Source: Hemiscyllium ocellatum (lineage: Eukaryota). From it: 64,000 nucleotides of DNA. Positions within the stretch are counted from its first letter, which is position 1. Each line of letters starts with the position of its first letter. Below the pieces are notes generated by a model that was given only the letters and a program-made list of their open reading frames with translations, made no database searches and was not told where the DNA came from. Location: contig NC_083428.1 of the NCBI RefSeq assembly GCF_020745735.1, positions 18,414,001 to 18,478,000 on the forward strand, given 5' to 3'. This document shows, one piece after another, positions 1 through 11,394 of this stretch. The position numbers and the translations under genes were made by a program.

Positions 1-1771
1 AAAGCACAGATAGCTTAGCTAGATGATAGACATAAACGTAATTGACTCAAAACATACCTGAGAAAACAAACTTCTTGAGTTTTCTGCTCCAAAAACATTT
101 TATTGATTTTTACCAGGAGCTATTACAATCAATTCTGCATGATTCATGGTTTTACTACCCATCCCTGGGCCAGTTCCCAGTGCAGTTGGGTCAGGTGGTT
201 AGTTCACTGCCTCCCTGCCCAGCCCAACCCAATCTCTGTAAGATGCCAGGCATGGGGTGCTACAATGAGCAACCTGTCTGCCATTTTTTTTAAATAAAAA
301 TATCAATAATGTACTTATTAAAAAAGCAAATTGACACAAATGTAGCACTGGCCTTTGCATAACACATGGGGTTTTGAAGGTCAATGCTTTAGACTCAACT
401 GGTTAAAAGGCAGGAAGGACAGAGTAGATAAATCCTTTTAGAGGGGGTGTCCTGAGTGCTTCATTAGCACGTCTGCCCCAAGATATGTTGCGCCCACCAC
501 ATTGTCACTTCCTGCTTGGCCATTACCACTCGCCAAACCTCCCATCTCTCTTGCAAACCTGAATAGGCTCCTCCAAACCCCTCACCCCCAACATTGTACA
601 GGACCTCACTTACTGATCTCATGAGGCTTCCATGGAGACCTCATAGTGCCCACTACTGTGGTCTGGTACAGCTGAGACTGCTGGAGCTATTGGCAAATCA
701 GATTACCCTGCTGATTTCAAGAGCAGAACTTCCTCTCACAGATGGGTTAACTCCGGTGTTCATATTTTCATGACAACTCAGTGTGAATTATGGGTGTAGC
801 ATGACCTTGTTAAATGTTAGACCTTTTGTTTCTTCCAGGAAGGTGAATGGTATGCACCTTCTCTGCGTCTCCATCTATGTAAAATTCAGCCCTATGAGTT
901 AATTGGCATTTGGGAATCTCATTTACTAAACTTTCCTAAATATATTTCTTGCAATTGGTTAAAACCTGTACTATATTGATTAAACTATGTTACAATAAGA
1001 TGACCACTTCCATCTTTTTAATCCCCTCTTGGTTGGTTGCACCAAATATTTTAATTTACATCATTTAAAATGTAATTAACAAGATGAAAATGAAACCACC
1101 AATTCCAAGGTTTCCTTGCATGAAAATAATAGGAATTTTATTACTTACTATCCCAAGTTAATAATAAAAAGTCAACCTCAAACATGCACACAAACACAGG
1201 TAATAAGAAAAATGGCAATGGCAAAAGACGACAGGAAGAAAAGAAATTTCGTAGAGGTCTGAAGCTGTGAGAGTGACCAGAGTCCTGACTGTTTGACTAT
1301 TCATCAATGGCAAGGTTTATGGACATCCTAGAGTTTTTGCTGAACAGTTGTTGCTTCAAGTCGCTTTTGGAGAACTGAATTCTGAGATTGATGAGAGAGA
1401 TACATAAATGTCTTCCAGTATCTACTTTCCTACAAATCCATTTTACCTTGGCTGTCCTTTGTGTTTCAAGCAGTTGTTGACATAACCCATTCATGCATTC
1501 CTGCATGTGCTCATTGATTTTCTACCTGGTGAGCTGGGTGATGAGCCTCTCCATATTTGACATGGAGACTGACACTTCTTTTGAAGGAAACTCCCTTACT
1601 GTTCTAGCACACAAACCCACAGCCTAAGTAAAATAACAATCATCCATTTCTTTTGGCCTTCAGTAACATAGTAATTTTCATCAGTTATATATTTATTGAT
1701 TTTCACATTTTAATTCATACAATTGAAATTTTTTCACCAATCTTTACTCCATTTTTAAATTTAATTTATTA

Positions 1772-2050
1772 TTGATTTGATCTATTATTATCACAAGTAC
1801 CTAGGTACAGTGCAAAGCTTTGTTTTGCGTGCAGTACAGGTCGATCATACCATACAAGGTACATTAGGGTAATAAAACAGAGCAAGGAATACAATGTTAC
1901 AGGTGCAGAGAAAGTGTACAAAGAGCAAGGTCAACATTAAATTTGAAATTTGAGAGGTCCATTCAGAAGTTTAATAACGGCAGGGAAGAAACTGCTCTCG
2001 AATCTGTTAGTACAGGTGTTTAAGCTTTTGTATCTTCTGCCTGGTGGAAA
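1772..2050 (-). mobile_element. 3' end fragment of Rex1/Babar-clade LINE
   Basis: Reverse complement resembles the 3' UTR and (TCAAA)n tail of the plus-strand copy at 16640-16883. Confidence 0.6.
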
Positions 2051-2465
2051 AAGTCAGTCAAACAATCTGTTCCAGCACCAACATATCTACTTCCTACCTT
2101 CCAATTAATTCATTCACAATTGCATTGCACAAGTTCCAAAGAAATTTTTTCACTGTATAGTTAGATGTCTAATTTTAGATGTCTAACCCTATTACCTAGT
2201 CACTGCGTATTTGAAAGTCTGTATAACTAATTCAATTTGTTCTCCTTGTCTAACCACATTCTAAAAGCAACTATTTCTGTGAACATAAAACTGTTAAATG
2301 TCAACAGTAGTAAAACCCCTAAATATCTTCATATTTAAATTTCTACATTGAGTTGTCTGTTCTAAGCTCTTTGCAACTCTTTTTGGGACATCCATTTGTA
2401 TTGTGTGATCAAAGTTTATAATAAATTCTTATCATTGGGGGATTTGGTTTTAAAGCAGACGTAAA

Positions 2466-2656
2466 GTAGATTTTTAGATTAGATTCGATTAGACTACTTA
2501 CAGGGTGGAAACAGGCCACACCAACTCGCCGAAGCGCACCCACCCAGACCCATTCTCCTACGTTTACCCCTGCACCTAACACTACGGGCAAATTAGCGTG
2601 GCCAATTCACCTAACCTGCACATTTTTGGACTGTGGGAGGAAACCGGAGCATCCGG
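2466..2656 (-). mobile_element. HE1-type (V-SINE) tRNA-derived SINE, 5'-truncated
   Basis: (AGATT)n tail and V-domain sequence in reverse orientation (ggactgtgggaggaaaccggagc). Confidence 0.85.
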
Positions 2657-3232
2657 TGTTAGTATCAGTTCTGTGAAAGTGATTTTTTAACTTTGTACAG
2701 AAGTCTGAAAATCATTTAGAACAGTGAACTAAAAACATCATTTCTAAGAAAGCATGTGATTTAAGTTAAATGCCTCAAACAGATATCTGATGGGCTAGAT
2801 TCTGAATGTTTACAATGCTGAGTTTTATTACTTACATAGAAAGACTAGAATCAGGTTTCAGTTCAGAAAAATAGTTTCATATCAGCAGAAGGGCAGGTTT
2901 ATTTGTAGAAATTTCTGAGTTTTTTGGTTAGTAAAAATGTCTAGATTGTGGGGAATTTTGTACAAACCACCAGGTTGTGAGAACTGAAAATAAATTTAGA
3001 CTGTCACCACTGGAAAGTAGTCTCTAAACCAATTAAACCTGGCAAGAACCATTAAGCAAGAAATCTTAATGTTAAGATAGGGGTGATACCAAATTGGGAT
3101 TGAATACTTGTAAAGGATATTCATGGGAAAGGGTTGAAATCATATTTATTTTGTAGTTTATGTTATATAAAATAATTTAACTTAACTTGGAAGCCTACCT
3201 CAACTGTCTTTCAAACTCTAAAATATATGCAT

Positions 3233-3366
3233 ATTCCTGATGAACGGCTTTTGCCTGAAACATCGATTTTCCTGTTCCTTAGATGCTGCCTGACCTGCTG
3301 TGTTTTCCAGCACCACCTCGACTTAGACTCTGATTTCCAGCATCTGCAGTCCTCACTTTTGCCTAC
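3233..3366 (+). mobile_element. Penelope-derived short repeat with degenerate hammerhead motif
   Basis: cctgatgaacggcttttgcctgaaacatcg... followed by the family tail gatgctgcctgacctgctg...catctgcagtcctcacttt. Confidence 0.8.
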
Positions 3367-5409
3367 AAAATGCATATAATTTACCTTGCATCCAATACGG
3401 ACCCTTCTGCCTGGTAACTATGGAAATATAGCGATATTTTAGAACAGATATGAGGAGAATCTTCCCTCAAGAGGTAATGAATTTTTTGGAATTCTTTAGT
3501 ACACAGAATTGTAGAGCTTGGGTCATTTTTTCCAAGGATGAGGGAGACAATTTTTTAATCAGCAAGAGAATTGAAGTTAAAAAGTCAGGAAAGTGAAGTT
3601 AAGGATTATCAGATCTGTCACGATGCGCTGAATGGCCTACTGTTGCCGGTTCATCTTAAAGCTTATTACAATTAGGTGATTAATTAGATCCAAAATAACC
3701 AGTCAGCATGCCTGATAGAGTCTGCAACCCAGCTGAGAAACTTGAAGAACAATGCGAGATCTGAACAGCACACTATCCACATGAAATCATTTCTCCCCAC
3801 ATTACATTAGTTATTTTTTCATCAGTAAAGTCTCTTCCTTGAATTTCCTGCTAGCCTACTCTGCCATTGAATATGATCCTTACTGATCATTCTACCCTGT
3901 CTCTGCTTTCTCCTAATATCTTTTGATCCCTCTGGTACCAAGAGCTGCATCTAACTCCTTAAATATATTCACATGTTTTAGCCTCAACTGTTTTCCATGC
4001 CAGAGAATTCCACAGTCTCACCACTCACTGGGAGAAGAAATTTCTTCCTATCACAAACCTAAGCGGCTCTATATCCTTAGACTGTGACCTTTTAATTGCT
4101 TTTAAATAACCCAATTTTGAATATGACATGTGCAGCACTTTTGCTGTTAATATATGCACATATTACAACCTCAAATACCTTCATTTAAGCATTAATGGTT
4201 GCAATTAATCTTCACCCCTAAAAATTGTATTCGCATCATTTAGCATAGTATCTTCATAACATAGTGACAAAAACATGGAATAACAAGAATCCATTTTAAA
4301 AAATCAGAATTCTTCTAACTATTTCAGATCTTTCAAATAAATAAAAGAAATATATTGAAATTCCTATGATAGATCACCCACTGCTGTCCTCTATAGCTCA
4401 TAGCAGTTCTATTAGGTATTCAACCAGAAATGGCAACTCCTGAATCCTCCTTGCTTCAGTAAACCCTTTGGGAAAGCAGAATCCTTTCCAGTCAATTGCA
4501 CCAGTTACACAAGGTTACCTCTTCTACAAGAATACTTTTGATGATGGTCTCTGATTTCTTTGAAAAATTTCAAAATACAATGATATCATATCTACCTGAC
4601 TAATAACAGCAGTCTTGGTGGCATGAGCCATCATTCATGTAATTCGATATGGGCTCCAATAGCATAGCAGCATAGAACAAGGGTCGAATTTGACCAAAAG
4701 TAACTATCAATTGCAGGGAATTTTATGAAACTTTTCTCTCTGTGAGTTCTATCATACAATTCCCTGCTCACCTCATTATGAATGCATTACTTCTCAATGG
4801 CAATGTACACACATTGTCTTGTGTTCACTAGCAATGGAAGTATTTGCCAAAGCCAGGCCTTTCTAAAATGTCAGCCACCATCGCCATAATTAAAGCCCAG
4901 TTGTGCAAGAGGTTAATTGTTGTCAGTTATGGATAGCCTTTCACAGTGTAGTGAAATGAAAAGGGAAATGATAAAAGACAGCCGCTGTGCACACAGAGCT
5001 GACACCACATTTGAAATCGAAGCACATATTCTTAAATATTTTACAGCATCACTTGTCTGTCATTTTAACTGCAGCTGCAAGGATCAAGCTACACAGGTTA
5101 CCTGTCCTTAGTGCGATACCATGTTAAAACCCAATCAATGTTGTGTCAGATTATTTTCCCTTATGTCATTGTTTAATGAGGGAATATTGCACGTGAAATG
5201 TTAACTTTTATGCCTTTCAAGCAGCCAACAAATTTACCGTCAATTAATAATTATTTCACACAATTCACATCTATTGGAACTGGATGTTAATTAAATCCTG
5301 GATTGTTGCACCTTCGATGCACCACACTATCCTGGTGATAGGGTAATCTTCCTCTTCAGAAGACTGTTGCTGCTTTCCCAGCTCTTGAAGGTCCATCACA
5401 TGCACACTT

Positions 5410-5705
5410 TGCCAGCTCTAATTGTACAGGGTGTGGCATGCTAGGAAGATGTGGGACACTCTGTATGGACTGTACCACAAGATCCCTCCCAGACTGATCT
5501 AGCATTGAAACTTCATTTTCAGGGCACCTATCATCTGCTCTATCGTGGCTCTCGATGAAGAACGGACAGCATCATATTTAGTCAAGGGGTTGCATAACAG
5601 ACTCAGCGGTCATGATTGCAGAGGCTAGTCCTTGCCTCCCAATAGTGATTCTTCTCAGGCATCTGGTCCTTGAAGTGAAGCAGGAACATGAGCATTCCTG
5701 AGATG
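5410..5705 (-). pseudogene. PIF/Harbinger DDE transposase relic (C-terminal part)
   Basis: Minus-strand translation LLGGKD*PLQS*P...RATIEQMIGALKMKFQC*...YSPYRVSHIFLACHTLYN matches the Harbinger/HARBI1 pattern LLGDxGYPL..R..IE..IG.LK.RF.CL...YSP..V..I...C..LHN; in-frame stops. Confidence 0.75.
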
Positions 5706-6125
5706 AGGACGAATTTCTTCTCTTAGAGGATAGAGTATGCTTTTGGTACTCTTTGCCATAGAAAGCTGTGGGGCAGAGTTCTTGTGTATATTCAAGGCTG
5801 AGATAAATAGATATTTGATCAGTAGGGGGATCAAGGGTTATAGCGAAAGGGCGGGAATGAGGGTCAGGTCTACAATGATCCTATTGAATGGCAGAGCAGG
5901 CTCAGTGATCTAAATGGATTCTGGATTAGTGGTGCTGGAAGAGCATAGGAGTTCAGGCAGCATCCGAGGAGCAGCAAAATTGACGTTTCGGGCAAAAGCC
6001 TTTCATCAGGAATAAAGGCAGTGAGCCTGAAGCGTGGAGAAATAAGCTAGAGGATAAGCTAGATAAGTTTTTACGTCGGTGACCTAAATGGCCTACTCTT
6101 GTTCATCTTTCTTATGTTCTTATGG
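5700..6125 (+). mobile_element. CR1-clade LINE 3' fragment, interrupted by a Penelope-derived insert at 5918-6078
   Basis: gagatgagga..aatttcttctc..gaatggc..gcaggctc..aatggcctactc is the CR1 3' end; insert flanked by GTGA(T/C)CTAAATGG duplication (5905-5917 / 6079-6091). Confidence 0.75.
5982..6009 (-). ncRNA. Minimal hammerhead ribozyme motif (Penelope-type)
   Basis: Minus strand CUGAUGA-A-AGGC-UUUU-GCCC-GAAA-CGUC: intact core; one mismatch at the stem II closing pair. Confidence 0.6.
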
Positions 6126-7250
6126 AATAAACATGGATCTTTAATATAGTGGTCCTTATTCAAATGAATATAGGAGATACAGATGCCGCTCCATCCCCAT
6201 ATCCAATACACCCACATTGTCTAAGAAAGGCAGCATTGCATATAAGAGCATGTTGGTGAGTCCTTACAGTGCAAGGTAAGACAAAATTAACCTCATGCCA
6301 TTGTCCTGTCAATAAGATCTTGGGTTGTCTTTGTGAATTGTAGCTCACAGGTGACAATTTTAAAGTCACCTATGGTTAGTTCTGCTTCATGGAGATCACA
6401 ATGATCAATTTATAACAAATAAGGATATTGTTTGTATCTGACATGGTTGGTCATTGCATGCATTTCACAAGCAGGGTACAATGATTAAAGATGCCTTTAA
6501 CCTCTTCAGCGTAAGTGCCTAATTAATGCAATTGCCAGTTGAAGGGCTTCTCATCAATCACAAATACAACTCACACTTTCAGACAGAAACAAAACATGCC
6601 ACCCACTCCAGGTGTGCAGTTATTTTTCATTTTCATCACTCACCTGTGATTTGGATGTGAGTGGAAGGTAACATAAGGCGAGGCAGGATCAATCAGGTGA
6701 TCTGGATCCTCTGAACCTTCATGTTTCTTTGTTCCTTGCACTTGCTGTCGATCCACATATTCACATATTTCTACACAAAGTTTTGATTTACATCCTCATC
6801 TCCTAGCATTACCACCTGACCCCAGCCCTGAAGTGTAGTCATGTGGACAATCATGATGCATTGTCCCCCTGTCAACGCCAGGGTGTTGGTGACTGTTGAT
6901 GATCCCCTCACTACCTTTGAAGCCAATGTCCTCGAATGCACTATCATCTCCCATGTTGAGTTGCCCCTTGTCACAATTATTGTCCCCTCCGTCACCCAGC
7001 CTCCAACTCCTATAATAGTGGCCCCTAATAACCGGCTTTGATTTTCCCATATAGGCCAACAGGACTGACAGTGGCACACCCTCCTAATCGTCTCAGACGT
7101 TCTGCCCCAAAAGATGAATGACCAGGACCTTGACAGATCTCTGTGCAGTTCCCTGACTGACCTGCTGCTAATAAACAGACAGATTGCATTGGAACTGCAG
7201 GACTGATCATGGCCTATTCTTTAGTCTGTAATAATATGGAACTATGCCTA

Positions 7251-7598
7251 GGGGTGGCACAGTGGCACAGTGATTAGCATTGCTGCCTCACAGCACCAGG
7301 AACCCGAGTTCAATTCCAGCCTCGGGTAACTGTGGGGAGTTTGCATGTTCTCCCCATGTCTGCGTGGGTTTCCTTCGGGTGCTCTGGTTTCCTCCCACAG
7401 TTCAAAAATATGCAGGTTAGGTGAGTTGGCCATGTTAAATTGCTCATTGTGTTCAGGGGTGTGTAGGATAGGTATATTAATCAGTGGTAAATATAGGACA
7501 ATAGAGTAGGGGAATGGGCCTGACTCGGTTGCTCTTCAGAGGGTCGGTGTGGACCTGTTGAGCCCAAAGGCCTGTTTCCACACTGTAGGGATTCTATG
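7251..7598 (+). mobile_element. HE1-type V-SINE, near full length
   Basis: tRNA-like head with A/B boxes, V-domain, ctgtttccacactgtagggattctat tail. Confidence 0.9.
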
Positions 7599-9445
7599 AT
7601 TCATGATAAACCCTTGGACTGAGACTGACTGTGACAGGACCCTATGACTCATGAAATCAATATCTTGGTAATAAAGGACAGGTAAAGGGTACAAAATGGT
7701 TGCAGGAAGCTGCACGTTACACTGATGTTTAAACTTAAAAATTTGATTACCTGTGCCTACAAACATTAGCTGGGATCTTACGTCCTATTGAGTGAAATTA
7801 ACATGTGCAAACCATTTGGGTTAGACTGTTTATTTGTGATTTTCCAGTACTACATTTGTCTATTTCATAATTACTGAAGACTGTAGTCACTGAGGATATA
7901 ATAAAGGAAATAGCTAACCAGTTTAATTATTATGTATATCATAGTTTCACTAATTACATAAACAAGATAGCTTGATTGGAATGATAAATTCAACAATGTT
8001 TCCAATTATGGAAGATTACTGCAGTAAGGAAGTGACTTAACGGTCTCAGATTATTGCCTTTTGCTAGGGTCTAATACATACAAATCAACTCCCCAGTAAA
8101 AGATTTCAACGTACCCTTAGATAGCTTTTGAGACAGACTTGGTCCTAAAAGCTTTAGCAGAACAAGAATTATTTTTATATAATGCTCTTAATGTCGCAAA
8201 AGTTGGCACTGAACAGAAAAAGAAGACATTAGGACAGGTAACGAAAAGCTTGGTCAAACAACTTGGTTTTAAGTGTCTCAGAGGAGATGGGATATAGTAA
8301 CCTCAGAATTAAGAACAGATTATAGCATTGAGACCCGGTGGATTAATTACAGCAATATTTTCATAAATGCAACATTGCAAGCCAGCAAAGCAATTAAAAT
8401 GCTAACAAGGGACTAGGATTCACTTCTGGGGTATAAAATGAAGTCACATGGGATCTGCAGTGACCCGATAAGATGGATACAGAACTGTCTTTGTAATTCC
8501 TGATGAAGGGCTTATGCCCAAAACATTAATTCTCCTGCTCCTCGGCTGCTCCCTCACCTGCTGTGCTTTTCCAGTGCCAAACTCTCTGACTCTGATCTCC
8601 ACCAACTGCAATCCTCACTTTCTCCTAATCACAGAATTGTCTTAGTCATAGAAGTGGAGGCGCCAGTGTTGAACTGGGGTGGACAAAGTTAAAAATCACA
8701 CAACGCCAGGTCATAATCCAACAGCTTTATTTGGAAGCATGAGCATTTGGAGCTCTGCTCCTTCATTGGGTAGCTATGGAAGAGGATCATGAGATACATT
8801 GCTCTTGTACGTGCATCCACCAACTCCTCTGGCACTTACCACCCTCTGTGTAAAAAAAACTGCTTCTCACATTTTTTTTAAAGTTACCCCCTTTTATGTT
8901 AAACCTATGTTTCCTAGTAAGTGACATTTCTACGCTAGGGAAAAGACTCAGACCATCCATTCTATTTGTGCCTCTCATAATTTTGTAAACTTATATCAGA
9001 TCACCCCTCATTCTTCAACATTTAAGTGAAAACATCAAGTTTATCCAATCTCTTGGCTAATACCCTCCAAACCTTAGTCATAGAAGACAGAGAATATCAG
9101 TGGGCAGGTGTTTTTCTGACTGGAGATGTGAGACCTGTAGTATTCTGCAGGAATCAGTGTTGGGACCCCTGTTGTTCATTTGGAGGGGAAATTAGTAAGT
9201 GGCTAATTAGAAAGTTTGTCAACGGCACATAGATTAGAGAGCTGAAGAGAGTGAGGAGGTTTGGCAGAGTATACAGTAGGATATAGAATAAATGGCATAA
9301 ACAAACAGAGGGATCTAGGTATAGAGGTCCACAGTTCCATGAAAGTGGCAACAAAAGTGGTCAAAGAAGCATGTAGCATGCTTGCCTACATCTGTCAGGA
9401 CAGAGATTATAAAAATTGACAAGTCGTGCTGTAGCTGTATAGAAT

Positions 9446-10420
9446 TGTTACGACAAAGCGGTGAACCCTTCTGTTAATTAAACCAAACACCCAGAAAAGC
9501 TCACCTTGCCTCATAATCTGTTAAAATATGAGTGACAGAGAACTCCCAAATTCCACTATTTAAAGAAAACAACATAAATTTATTCTTTAACTCTTGCTGT
9601 GTGGAGTTTGCACATTCTCCCCGTGTCTGCGTGGGTTTCCTCCAGGTGCTCCGGTTTCCTCCCACAGTCCAAAGATGTGTGGGTCAGGTGAATTGGCCAT
9701 GCTAAATTGTCCATAGTGTTAGGTGAAGGGGTAAATGTAGGGGAATGGATGGGTTGCGCTTTGGCGGGTCGGTGTGGACTTGTTGGGCCGAAGGGCCTAT
9801 TTCCACACTGTAAGTAATCTAATCTAATCTAATCTACAAGTGAAACATTAAACAACAACTATTCACAACTTTAAGTCCACCTTTCTCTTAACTGCTTACT
9901 ATCTGCCTCCAACACTATAACAGTATACTCTTCTGATAAAACACTTAATAAAATTACATCAATTTAATTTCAAAACCATACAGCGGCTGTTGTCTCCGGT
10001 GTCTGCCTTCTTCTGGCTGAAGATCTCCCTGGGTCATCTTCTTTCTTTTTACTGTGAAGCTATTTCCTATGAAAAGGTACCTTTGATAGAGAACATTTCA
10101 ATCTTTTGGGTCTCTCTCTGTCTCTCAATGGCAGTTACTCTGTCGATAGCAGTTACTCAGCTTTCTAAACTTTCTCGACAAACTTGGGAATCATCTTCAA
10201 ATCCCAGAGCCTCTTTAGCAATCTTAAAAGCCATTTCTCTTACTTTTAATTTAACCACCCACAATTAACTGAAATTAAACAAACTGCCTCATCTACCTTT
10301 TATTTAAAGATCTAGGACACTAATTGGCAAGTGTTTAAACTTGCTGGGATCTTTCCTACCCAAAATCTGGTTAAATTTGTCCAAATCTCAGACAGGATCT
10401 GTCTGAACCTGTCCAAATCA
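9446..10420 (-). mobile_element. Probable solo LTR, itself interrupted by an HE1 SINE at 9597-9835
   Basis: Begins TGTTACGAC, has a minus-strand AATAAA near 9580 and interrupts a CR1 sequence; right boundary uncertain. Confidence 0.45.
9597..9835 (+). mobile_element. HE1-type V-SINE, 5'-truncated, young
   Basis: V-domain plus (AATCT)4 tail. Confidence 0.9.
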
Positions 10421-11010
10421 TGGGACTCGAGCCGCCATATTTGGAATATAGTTTACAGTTCCACATGACGAGAAGGCTTGGAGGCTTTGAAAACAGTACA
10501 AAAACAGGATGTTGCCTGGTTTGGAAGGTATTAGCCAAGAAAAGGTGGTGGATGCAGGTACAATAACAACATTTAAGAAGCTTTTTGACATACTTATGAA
10601 TCGATAGGGAATAGAGGGATACAGACCATGTAGAGATGAAAGATTTTTAGCATCATGTGTGGGCACAGTCTTGGTGGGCTGAGGGGTCTGTTCCTGTGTT
10701 GTATTGGCCCTTGTTCTTAAATGTGTAAAAGGCTCTAATAGTTTGTTGTGGTTAAGAATTCAAAGCCTTCAACATCAACGTCTGCCAGGTTTATGTCGCT
10801 ATTACACAGATTTAACAATAAGATCTGACATATCCAAAACATTGCTGCTCATATTCCAGCTCACAATGTATACATGTGCATACTGGTTTCAAATGGTTTC
10901 TTATTCCTCAATGTTGCCTTGAAAATGTTTCCTATGAAATTTCTCTACTGGCTTCTCTGTATTTCTGAGTACACAATCAATAGTATTGGAGTGTTTGACT
11001 ATCATTGAGG

Positions 11011-11394
11011 GTAGGTGAAAGTGTGGACTGCAGATGCTGGAGATTAGAGTCAAGAGTGTGGTGCTGGAAAAGCACAGCAGGTCAGGCAGCATCCCAGGAG
11101 CAGGAAAATTGACATTTCAAGCATAAGCCTTTCATCAGGAATGAGGTTGGGAGCCTTGGGATAGCTGAGAGTGCAATAGGTGGATGGAGGTGGGGGTAAA
11201 GGTGATAGGTTGGAGGGGAAGGTGGATTGGATAGGTGGGAAGGAAGATTGACAGATGAGACAGGGCTTTAGGGTGGTGCTGAGCTAGAAGTTTGGAACTG
11301 GGGTAAGGTGTGGTGAGGGTAAATGAGGAAACTGGTGAAATCCACATTGTGGCCATGGGGTTGGAGGATCCCGAGGCAGAAGGTGAGGGTATCC
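11011..11394 (-). mobile_element. Penelope-like element 3' fragment with degenerate hammerhead motif
   Basis: Same family as 15470-15884 in reverse orientation. Confidence 0.75.

Larger units (their letters stand above)
8440..10720 (+). mobile_element. Fragmented CR1 LINE carrying nested insertions (Penelope-derived 8497-8627 and 8655-8780, minus CR1 8787-9060, LTR-like 9446-10420)
   Basis: CR1 RT-region phrases continue across the inserts, e.g. gtagctgtatagaat|...|gccgccatatttggaata. Confidence 0.6.

Noticed and set aside
7251-7330. tRNA genes at SINE heads
   Set aside because: A/B boxes continue into the V-domain and LINE-derived tail, so these are SINEs, not tRNAs.
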